Positions 26,121-37,190 of a DNA stretch of 64,000 bases are shown piece by piece (position 1 is the first letter of the stretch; each line of letters begins with the position of its first letter). A program made the translations under genes and the position numbers. The DNA is from the human T2T-CHM13v2.0 reference genome, Homo sapiens: the NCBI RefSeq assembly GCF_009914755.1, contig NC_060929.1, one strand, 5' to 3'. The notes beneath the pieces are model-generated. The model was not told the origin of the DNA, ran no database searches, and worked only from the letters and a program-made list of their open reading frames with translations.

Positions 26121-29100
26121 TATGATACCCTCTATTGGTGTAAATGGAATTATTGTAATAAAGTTTTGCAAGAGCTCATCTGTTTCACAAAGCAAGATAC
26201 CCTTGTGTATAGACTATATGCAGTAGTCCCATGGTGAGAAGTTGTCCTGAACTCCTCCCCTTGAGGTTTGTGTGGTATGACATCTCATTTGCCCATTTCG
26301 AAGGGATTAAATGCCTCCCTCCTTTCTCTATCTTACCATATCCCCAAGAGGCAACCATGTGGTCGCCAGCAGAGAATAGCTCAGTTGCTCTTGCAGCACA
26401 TTTTAAAGCAGATGAGAAAAGCCTTCACGCTGAAATAGAAATATCTCAGAGAAAACTTGGCTCCAAGGCACCCCAAGAGAGTGGGGGGGGTTCCTGATAT
26501 GGGAGGGCCCAGCAGAACGCCTCAAGGCATCACCTTCCTCAACATGCACAAATGTGGCTGCCATAACACAAAGCTTCTATATAAATATGTCAAGGAGCAC
26601 TCCTCTACTCTAGGAGGACAGAAAATTGTCTAAACGTAAAGAAGGGTGTGGAGAGGGGCAGTGCAGAGATAGGCTTTCCTAGGCATTGCCTTACACAAAT
26701 GGCAGATGCTTAATTAAAGCATTTGCAATTAGCTTAGCTTGTTCTGTGATTCCTTCCTGCAAACAAATAAGATGGAGAGACTATATTAGCTCTTGGCAAT
26801 CTAGTTCTAAAAAAACTTTCATCCCATCATCACTCTTTTGTCCTGTTCTGAAAAGCGCTGAACCACAATGTACACAGAATAAACTATCTGACTTAACTCC
26901 TGGTTCAAAATAGTATTTTTCCTTCCATTTCATATAGGAGTGCAACTACCCATTTACTTTTAAAGCATAACTACTTATTTTGAATTTAATACAAGTTCTT
27001 AATTTGGATGCCTCATTTTTATTTGGTGAAGATAACAGTCTTCCTAATTCTTGCTACACTTCTGATTCAACACATTAGACTTCACTAGTGCAATGTTACC
27101 CGCCTACTCAAAATACAACTGCTATATGTGTTTAATGTTGGAAAAAGCATTTACTAGATTTTGGAAGAACTTGAGGGGTGTGTGTTGTGTGTAAATAAAA
27201 AGGTGCACTTATTGCCGCCTTATCATAACCACTCACTTGAAGGCATATATTTTTTTTTTCACTGTAGGGAAAATAAAGAAGTCCACTTTAAGTGGACAAA
27301 CATGAACCATGTGTGACTATTTATTTCATTCATTCGACATTTACTTGAGTGTTCTATACTGGTTCTTATAAAATTTTTACCTATTTAAGCTTAGTTGTTA
27401 TGTCCAATAAGTATATTCAGCTGATGGCTCCTCAGAAATGATTTTCGGTATCTGCTTAACATTTACATATGTGGATTATATGCGTTATTGAAAATGTAGC
27501 ACATCTCTAAAAGGTGATAGCTGCAAAACCTAACATATGGGGAAGGTTGTCACCCACAAACACTGTACATCAGAAACATAAAGTAGAATGCTTCTTTACA
27601 TCAAGTTGAAAAATGACTCATAACCAAAAGTAAGATTTTAAATTTGATGTTCGTTCTTTTCTGCTTTAAACTGGTTTGCAAAGTGCCTCATTCAAGAACG
27701 TCCCAAAACCAAAATAATAACAGGGAGTAAGGGTTACTCAAGATTCAAATAAAAGTTACCATACAAACAAGCATGGGTAAACCAAATTCAAATAGCTAGT
27801 GCAATTATTTTTTAATAGATAGTTTAGGTTAATAGGTGGAGACATAGTTCTGCCACTGTATTTAAGGTTAGGTTAATAATTAACTTTGGTGCCTGGAGTA
27901 GTTTAATCAAAGCTTACTGTAAATCATAAAACTGCTCCATGTAGACTAAACACAGCATTAAAAAGTCATACAAAATTCTTGCAATCTTGACCGCTGGTAG
28001 CCATTTGGGTACGGTATAAAAAAGTGTAGAGTATTTTTAGTCAGAATTAAACATAGGCATCTTTACTTTGGGGAGAAAACATAATTAAATAATTAATTAA
28101 ACCACCAGTCCTCCCCGCCATCACTGTAGCATACCACAGACTTGATGCCCAAGATGTGTCCACCAGGGGAAGGACGACGAACAATTTCAGGACTAAAGAA
28201 AGACAAGGCAAAGGCACTCGACCTTCCCATCCTGGCAAGACTTAAAAACCAGCGCTGGGGGGCATTAAATAGCTTTTCTGAGACCTGCTGGCACAACACT
28301 GCAAGTGGGTTAAACGGCTTTTCAGATCTGAGGTAAAGAAAGTTGTGCGTACAAGGGCGAGTGTGTGCGTGTGTGTGTCCATGCACGCCTGTGTTTTAAA
28401 CCTTTCACAGATCGCATTCAGTAGCGTAAAAAAGCTGAGCGTAAAAAAAGGAGCGATCCCACTGTGGCTGTGCCTGGCCACCGCAGTTCCAAAGCAGCCA
28501 CCTTTCTCCCAAAGACCGACGCGAAAAAGCCTGCAGGGCTCCCCAGTGCGATACAGGCCGGAGACTCCCTGGAAGTGCTTGCCCCGGCTGTGAAGACAGC
28601 GCCTCCAGTCTCCCATTCCTCTCCCGCTCCACGCACACCTGGCTCTGCTTCCTCCCTCCCTGGATAGCCACGCTGGGAAATCGTGCGCAGGGAGCAGATG
28701 GCTCGGGATTCTGCACCTGAAGCTGCCTACTTGCAAGCCACTGAGCCCCGGCCTGTGTCCACACGCACCTTCCCCACAGCCTCTGTCCACAGTGGCCGCA
28801 CCTGCCTCCGGGGTCCTGCTTCCCCATTCATCCCTTCCCCGACTTGTCGAGCAAGTACCGCGGGCCAGGAGGTTCCACTCTCCAAAGGGCCGGGATCTAG
28901 CTCCTAGCTGCATCCCGAGCTGTCCGCATGATTCCCTCCAGGTCCGGCTTCCCTCAGACTGCACATGCTGAGCCCCAGTCCGGTCGTGCCTGCCGCCCCT
29001 GGCTTTCAGGGAAACTTTCCAGGAGCGCCTGGTCTAGTGACCCCGCCGCTGTAAAGTGGGAGGAGGCGCTGGGCGGAGGGGCGGCGAGGGAGCGGGAAAA

Positions 29101-30322
29101 ACAGCGGAATTCTGTTTCCTTTCCCGACGTCCACAAGCCCGGGACCGCTCCCTGGCTCCCCCCGTGCCGCTCGGGTCTTGCGAGGAGGGAGGAGACCTCA
29201 GGATCCTGTTTTGCACCATCTCCCACAGCGAGGAGCTGAGCAAAACGCGGAGAATCGGGACAAGAGACACTTCCCGCCCCAGAAGGATCAGGCAGGGTGG
29301 GTGGGCACTGCCCGGCTTACTCTCCAGCGCCCCATTGCCCCCATGGTAGCGCCCTAGGACACAGTGAGGAGTCGGAACAGAGCCCTAGTCTGGGTTTCAA
29401 ACCCAGGGCCATCTTCTGCCAGGTCTCTCACCCTTCCCCCTCCTGGGTCATCTTTCCAGAGCGAGACCGCGCTGATCTGGGAGGAGGGCGTACCGTGCGC
29501 CAGCCCGGTGCAAAGGGCTCGGTGCTTCAGGAGGGACGCAGCCGCGACGGGCTATATCCTTGCCGCTCGGGTTGGGAGCTGCGGCGGGGGACAGGACCCA
29601 TGGCGGGGGCGCCGCGTCACCCGAACGGCTGCTCCCGGACACTTATTCGAGCAAACAAAGCCCGGAACCTCTGGTGGCAGCGGCCACAGGAGCCAGGATC
29701 TCACCGAGAGACAGGGCGCGCGGGTGCCTAGAGCCATTACAAGTTTCTTGCACTCCACGGAGCCCAGCCCAGACCCCACACTGACAACAAAAGATTCTCT
29801 CCGCTTCCACACCGTCTCCGCGGAACCCCTTCTCCCACCTGGCACTGGACGAAAACAGCGCTGTTATACCCAACCCCCTCCAGCCCTCGAGGGCAGAACC
29901 CCTTCCCCTGCCTTCGACACACCGGGCCAGGGAGCTTCCGAGAATCCCACCATTTAGGGCCCGCTCTGCTCCCTGCTGGGCACGCGGGAGGATGAGCCTT
30001 GGGTCTCGCACACACACCCCCAGGAGGAACAGCCATACGCGCCGTCGCGGCCCGGGGCGGCGCCGGGCGTGTGCGCAACGCGGGTGGGAAAGCTCTCGAC
30101 GTGGAGCCGGACGCACTCTGGGGCGCAGGGCAGAGAGGAAAGGCAGGCAGGGCTCACGGCTGCTCCCCCAGGACCGGGCAAGGCTCGGGAAACAGAGACA
30201 CAAGACAAAATAAAACGCAGGCACCACAAAGCCGACAGCACGCGCTAGCCACGGCCCCGGGACCCTCAGGCTGGAGTCCAGCTGCCCGGGAGGTGGGGCG
30301 CGCCCGGGCGCCCGGGGCGTAC

Positions 30323-30965
30323 CTTTTCGGTGCATCGACGGACAGGCGGCCGGGGCTCGGAGCGAACTGGTACAGCGTGTATCCCATTTAGTAATCCATT
30401 ATCGAGGGGATCTCTCCGGGCCGCGGGCTGCGCTCTCTCCTTCGCAAGCCTTTGTCATTCCTACATGTGTGCTTGTCTCTTTGGGGGAAATAGTCGCGGC
30501 GACTACTTTCTGGGATGCAAACGCGATGTGTTCATCTCCAATGACGAGCGGAGAAGGGGAGAGGAAAAAAGAAGCCAAAAAAAAAAAGAAGAAAAAGAAA
30601 AAGAAAACCAACAAGGAAGAGGGTAAATGTTCAAGAAACTCTTCTCCAAATCCAAATTCCACTTGGATTCCACTTCGGTGAGTCCCCTTGGTGGTGTCTG
30701 CGCCGATTAACAAGTCATTTCAGGGCGGGGGGCGGGGTGGGGGCTGGGGCAGGGGTGCAAGGCTCTGGCCCGGCTCTGCGGCCGGCAGCGCGGTGCCGCG
30801 GGTGTGGTGATGCTGGCCGCTGCTACACGCTGCTAAGCGGGCATCGCGGGCGACCGGCACCGCGGAGGAGCGCCGCTGCTGGGTTCCGAGCGCCTGGGCA
30901 GCCGAGTGCGCGGGGAGCGGAGTTGGCTGCAGCCTCACCCCGTGCCGCTCACTACTCCTCTGTCA
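30323..30965 (-). other. SEMA6A: Non-coding first exon (5'UTR) of a minus-strand gene, most likely semaphorin 6A
   Basis: Minus-strand donor CCGAAAAG|GTACGC at 30323/30322. No long ATG ORF within the exon. The 5'UTR sequence (...GATGCACCGAAAAG) and the intronic RPS14 pseudogene ~12 kb downstream match my recollection of the human SEMA6A locus. The TSS position is approximate. Confidence 0.75.
30723..30755 (+). promoter_or_regulatory. G-quadruplex/i-motif-forming tract
   Basis: GGG C GGGGGG C GGGG T GGGGG CT GGGG CA GGGG: six G-runs with 1-2 nt loops; includes GGGCGG Sp/KLF boxes. Confidence 0.7.
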
Positions 30966-31879
30966 CCGGAGAGGCCGCCGCTCCCGGGCGGAGCCAAGTC
31001 CCGGACTGGATTGCGCAGATCGGACTCTCCTTCCGCAACTCCGCCTACTTTGGCTGGCGTCTCCTCCGACCCAAAGGAGAGCTGTGGTGTATGTGAGTGC
31101 GAGTGAGCGAGGCAGAGGCGGAGAAACTACGCGGTGTGGCTGCAGGTGGAGCCTTGGACCAACTGGCCAGCGCCGCTTCCTTCCACCAGGATTCCTGGCC
31201 CCACCGCGCGCTAGGCGGAGGCTCAGCGGGGGCGACTCTGGCTGGAGCCCAGCCCTCACCTCCCCCACCCCCACATCTGCTCTAGCTAGGAAAAAAAAAA
31301 AGAAAAAAAAAATCCCGGACAGCATTGCTGAGTCCTGCCAAATCAGAAAAATAAATAAAAATAGACGTAGTGCAGGAGCGAGTTACAAGAAAGGTTTTGT
31401 TCATCGATTTTCTTAAATGGAAAAGTTTTAAAGGATGAGGGTAAGTGAACGGCGAGCTTTTCTGATTCTGATTACTGTTATCAAGAGGTAGATTCCAGAA
31501 GCGATGGACGCTCTACGTAGTTAGATGAATTGGATAGAAGCCGGTGCGGTTAAAAATACACTTGGAAGATAAGAACACAGCTATTAATTACGCACATACA
31601 CACGTTAATAAAGCATGTGAAGTAAGCAAATAAACTACAGTGCAGAGAATGGCGTTTTTAACGACGGCGATCTATTTTAAAACTTAATGAAGTTCACATT
31701 TTGTGGACTGGTCTTAGAAATAAGTAAACTTCAGAAATAACACGCATACAATTCCAGTGAGAACCCAAAAGGTTTATGGAAGAAGAAAATCGCAACCACT
31801 TCCAAGGCGCTATTGTTATGATCACATGAAGAATGGCAGGCACAGCCTTCTTTCACCACTTGAACTTTCAATAGCTACA

Positions 31880-32850
31880 AAGTCTTGCAGTTACAGGCTT
31901 GTGCCAACTCGTCGGGCCACACCACGTTCCCCTCCCCCTGCCGCTGCGCCCCGAAATCAACTGCGCGCCGCGGCTCTTGCTCCCCAAGGGGGCTTCGCAG
32001 ATGGTACGGATCCTAGTCGCAACCTTTAAACAAAGTAACATCGGGCGGCCCAGCAGTTCTCGGAGAGATATTTACTAGTCATGGAGTTGGCTGAGAAAAG
32101 CAAGTGCGGAGATCGGGGTCTCAGTCCCACTTAGGCCGAGTTTCTTTATATTGGAAACTGTACCTGTTCCCTAATTGGGACTAAGACCACTAATAAGTCC
32201 ACGTTCCCTCTTTGGTCGCTTCTCTAAGTACAGACATCTGCTTAAGAGGCTTCACGAAGAATAAATGCACATGGGTCAACACCCATTCCCCCCGCACCAC
32301 TACCACCACCTGGAAAAGGTAGGGAGAATGGTAGGAAAAAAAGAAAAAATCAGTACCCCTGCTGTTCTCCAGAGCTGTCAGCAGGGGCCGCTATCCCCAC
32401 CTTTCTCGGGCAAAGGCCTCTATAGACCTGGGGTAGTGGGGGGCGCGGCCCTAGGTGCGCGCGCAGCCCCCGCGGCTTCAAGAGCCAGCCTCGGGAGGGG
32501 GTTGGGGAGTGTGGGGCGGTGGGTAGGATTGCGCTTTCCCGCGGGTTGGGTGGGGGCCGGCTCCAGGACGTCTCCTCAGAATCCCGCGGGGTTAGGAGAA
32601 GGATCTGGCGGCCAAGACGGCTGGATCCCCGGCTGCGCTATTTAACACCCAGATTTTGGCTGATGACTGCAGGGTCAGTGTGAGCTGGTCCCCTGGCTCG
32701 TCCGTGCGCCCCAGGCGCGGTACTGCAGCCCCTTCGAAGCTCCGGACCCTTCGGCCTCCGGGGTTTTTTGTCCCGCGCTCCACCCAACCGGGGTCGCCGA
32801 GGCTCCTTCTTCGCTCCCCGCCGCCGATTTACATGCTAATTGTGTCTGGG
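31880..32850. promoter_or_regulatory. Second, upstream CpG-rich block (distal promoter/enhancer)
   Basis: CpG-dense segments 31890-32060 and 32380-32830, separated from the main island by an AT-rich gap. Contains GC boxes, G-runs and TATTTAA at 32639-32645. Confidence 0.75.
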
Positions 32851-33579
32851 AAAAGTTCTTAAATTGGCAGAATTAGGCAGAGCAAACGAATTGTTTCACA
32901 GGCCGAACTAAATTAATTTCGGGTTTAGCTCCTTCCCTTAGAGAAACAAACAATTAAGTTGTTTTATTTGCTTTATGGATATATTGGAAATGCCCCACAA
33001 CGAGTTTCAGGATATTGTTTAAAGGGACATTATATTCAATATTAATACTTGCATGTTTAATTTGTAGTAACGCTGAGCCAAGAAGCGAGCGATTAAATTT
33101 ACCTAATTTAAAATTATAGAATACGAGAGTTAAAGAATTGGAGTCTACTTTTCACAGTGAAGAAATACCACCCAGAATCTTCCTGGCAATTACTAGATCC
33201 TAGTCTCACCATCCAAGTAGGAGCCCTTCCTTCTGACCACGTGATATTACATTTCCACCTGCCAGAAAAGATGCTCCCGGAGCTGGAAGAAAAGCCAGCT
33301 ATTGTCAGGCTCCCGAAACCCCCAGGGGAGCACCTGTGGGGAAGCCAGGCTATGAAACCTCATGATGTCATTTCCCCATAAGTGCGCCTCAGACTCACTT
33401 CCAGAAGCCTGCAGTAAGTTTTCAGTAAAACCACTGCCCCTTCAAAGCCTTTGAAGTCTGCAATTTATACCCTGTCCCTTCAGGAAAAGAAAGCCAAAGA
33501 GTTAAAGAATCACAGAGTGATGAGAAGGTGACTTCAGTGGTTTTTTTTAAAGTGACGTAAAATGGAGTGTTTGAGGCCC

Positions 33580-33790
33580 TGGTCTCTGGAGGCCATCTGC
33601 GGTTAATGTAACTTAGCTGGTGATCTTGGGCAAGTCACTTATCTCTGTGAAGTCCCAGTGGATTCACCTGTAAATGGGGATTCTTATTCTACTCACTTCC
33701 CGAGGAGCTCGTGGATTACATTAGATGATCTTCGTAAATTCGGAGTCTAAGGCTGACACTGCTTTATAAAGATTAAGTGTCACATTGTCA
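33580..33790 (+). mobile_element. MIR SINE
   Basis: AGCTGGTGATCTTGGGCAAGTCACTTATCTCTGTG...CACCTGTAAATGGGGAT. Confidence 0.75.
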
Positions 33791-33870
33791 TCCTTGCCAT
33801 CCTCCACATCAGTCCTACCATCACATTTTACAGGAGTCACATGGAAGCACAGCGGACAGAAGTGGCTTGA

Positions 33871-34238
<368 letters not shown>

Positions 34239-34572
34239 ACCCCCTGCCCTTCTTAACTACATGACAGTTCCCGCTTTCCTCAGATCACCTGGAAAAGTGT
34301 GGCGGAAGATTAAAATAAAGCAGAAAGATAAACTCAGGTTCTCTGCAAAGACCACATCTAGCTGTTTGATCAGAATCTCTGCTTTGAGACAAAAAGGAGT
34401 AATGAACTTGGGAGAAGAAGGGGCTGCTGCTACTCACAGTTCCTTGAGGGTTCATGGGGGCACACTTGGGGAGCACAGTTTGTACATTCAGGCCATTATA
34501 ATTTATAATCAAGAAATCTATCTGTACCCTCAGCCCCTTCTCCAAAGTTCCCTCCACCTCTTTGCCTTAAGT

Positions 34573-34741
34573 CAGTGGTTTTAAAATCCACTTGCACATT
34601 AGATGACCAGGGGAGCTCTTCAGTGATGCAAATCCCCAAGCTCAAGATTCTCATTCATCAGTAAGGACTGGGACCTCGGCATGGGTAGGTTTTAAAACTC
34701 CATAGATGATTCTCATTTGCAGCCAGGGATGAGAACCACTG
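34573..34741. mobile_element. MER5-like hAT MITE
   Basis: Terminal inverted repeats CAGTGGTTTT...GAGAACCACTG, with an internal GATGATTCTCATTTGCAGCCAGGG motif. Confidence 0.8.
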
Positions 34742-35656
34742 CCACAATAAATCCTGGCTGTATTCTAGACCAATTACTTTTCCCTAGCCTTTTTCTTGTG
34801 GGGGCTGTTTCTTCTTCTTGTCCGTTTATTCCTCTTCACAAAGAAAGGTCCGTATCCTTGCTCCTCATGCTGCTTTCAGGCCATTTCTCCTCCTCTAAAA
34901 ACCTCTGGCTGACTTTGGTAGCTAAACTCTACAAATACATTTGTGGTCTCATTTTATCCGATTCTTCAAAGACTTATTGTCCTCCTATGTGTCCCTCCAC
35001 CTGTCATGACTCATGGTAGTGTTAACATCCATATAACCACTGACCCTCTGGCTTTTCCATTTCTTGCCTTCCTCATCTATGCTGTCTTTCTACTCCCCTC
35101 CTCCACCTACTCCAGGCTTCATTCTGGGCCTTATTATCAAAAATGCCCCATCTTCCAAATCACTAATTCTGACATCCTGCTTTCCAATCACTTCTTCTCC
35201 TTCAATCTTCCTTGCTCATGCACCCCCCTGCATTCACTGATTTCTTGAGGACCTCCAGATTTTGAGTTTTGCTTCTCTCTCGATCACCTATTCCCTCCTT
35301 ATTTCATTCCTCTCTATGTCTAGCATAGCTTCATAGTATCAGTCCCTCTCTCTTGCAAATACTTTCAATTCTGTTGCTCCTCTATCTTTGGTCAACATCT
35401 ATCTGACTAAAAGCTAGTTCTGAAGTATGTAAACATCAGCCGTCTCTGCTTCTGAACTGGGCAGCTGAAGCCTGCTGGAAAAAAAAATGTAGATAGATTG
35501 TTATCAACCTCAATCTCATCCAAAGCACCGCCTTATCTCAGTTCGTTTCTAACTTTCTCCCCGTAATCAGATATCTCACACTTCATACCTCGTACTTCCC
35601 TGAAAAAAACGCAGTCCATCAGAAGGGAACATTTTTGCTTCTGTACTCATTATTTT

Positions 35657-35657
35657 T

Positions 35658-35688
<31 letters not shown>

Positions 35689-36061
35689 CTCTTTACTTTC
35701 TTTTCTTTCCTTTCTTTTTCTTTTCCTTTCTTTCTTTTCTTTTCTTTTCTTTTCCTTCTCTTCTCTTTTCTTTTCTTTCTAGATGGAGTTTAACTCTTGT
35801 TGCCCAGGCTGGAGTGCAATGGCACAATCTTGGCTCACTGCAACCTCTGCCTCCTGGTTCAAGCGATTCTCCTGCCTCAGCCTCCCAAGTAGCTGGGATT
35901 GCAGGCACCTGCCACCATGCCCGGCTAATTTTTGTATTTTTAGTAGAGACGGGGTTTCACCACTTTGGCCAGGCTGGTCTCGAACTCCTGACTGCAGGTG
36001 ATCCACTCGTCTTGACCTCCCAAAATGCTGGGCTTACAGGCGTTAGCCACTGTGCCCGGCC
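35657..36061 (-). mobile_element. Alu (AluSp/Sq-like) with tail expanded into (TTTC/TTTTC)n
   Basis: Alu body 35781-36061, ~125-bp near-pure pyrimidine tail, perfect 15-bp TSD TGTACTCATTATTTT at 35642-35656 and 36062-36076. Confidence 0.95.
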
Positions 36062-36262
36062 TGTACTCATTATTTTCTAAGTGTCTCTTCTTATGAAGGA
36101 GGCAGTGTCCCTCCTCCAGTAGGAGGCCAGTCCCTCCTTATGTTCCCAATAATTCACAGGTTCTCAGAAATTCTGTCCTATTGTCTCCAGACCCTCTCCT
36201 GCATCTGCCCATCAGCATGTAAGCAAGCTTCGGTCTTTCCCATCTTAGAAACAGTCCGCCTT

Positions 36263-36687
<425 letters not shown>

Positions 36688-36859
36688 CTACTCAATCCCC
36701 TTTTGCTAGTCTTCAGTGACATTCATGACAGTAAATACAGTGGGTATTTTAACGTTTTCATTTTATTTGAATTATCAGCAACAATTGTTTCTTGTGACAT
36801 ACTCTCTGCTCTTGGCTTTGATGACACACTACTCTCTCTTGGTACTCCTCTCACTTTTT

Positions 36860-37190
36860 TTTTAACTTAGTTTTTCTTTTGAGGAAATTGAAACATTGTC
36901 AAAGAATAATATAACCAACATCCCAATTTTCATTACTCAGAATTAATGACTGTTAATATTTTGTCATTTTTGTTTACTGTCTGTATTTTAAGAAATAAAA
37001 CATGGTGGATAAAACTTAACTTCCTCATCATCAACATCTCTTTCTTACTCTCATTTTCTTTTTTTATAAGTAATGATATTATGAGTTTTCTGTGCATCCT
37101 TACATTTTGTTTCTGTACTTTCACATATACCATATGTATCTGTAACCAATATATAGTAATATTTTTGGTTGCTTTTTCTCCCAAATTAAC
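36860..37190 (-). mobile_element. Old L1M 3' fragment
   Basis: T-rich segment AATGACTGTTAATATTTTG...ATGAGTTTTCTGTGCATCC...CATATGTATCTGTAACCAATATATAG resembling an L1M 3'UTR in reverse. Confidence 0.5.

Larger units (their letters stand above)
28340..31330. promoter_or_regulatory. Main CpG island spanning the promoter, exon 1 and ~2 kb of intron 1
   Basis: Abrupt rise in GC and CpG density (CGCG, GCGC and GGGCGG boxes) against an AT-rich, CpG-depleted background. Free of transposons. Confidence 0.95.
30620..33413 (+). ncRNA. Putative 5' part of an antisense/divergent lncRNA (SEMA6A-AS2-like); exon structure inferred
   Basis: Plus-strand consensus donors TCG|GTGAGT (30677/30678) and AGG|GTAAGT (31440/31441). 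Candidate exon 33158-33413 is bounded by CTACTTTTCACAG| and GCA|GTAAGT. An antisense RNA at this promoter is recalled but cannot be shown from sequence alone. Confidence 0.4.

Noticed and set aside
28333-28410. Possible 78-nt plus-strand intron (GAG|GTAAAG...CCTTTCACAG|)
   Set aside because: The donor and branch point are mediocre, with no supporting ORF or promoter on that strand; it cannot be told from chance.
28242-30335. Long ORFs in the CpG island (240 aa at 28242-28964 minus, 230 aa at 29643-30335 minus, 197 aa at 29364-29957 plus)
   Set aside because: They overlap in many frames on both strands, are Arg/Pro/Gly/Ala-rich and have no recognisable domain, as expected from stop-codon scarcity in GC-rich DNA. 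The 230-aa ORF also crosses a splice donor after four codons.
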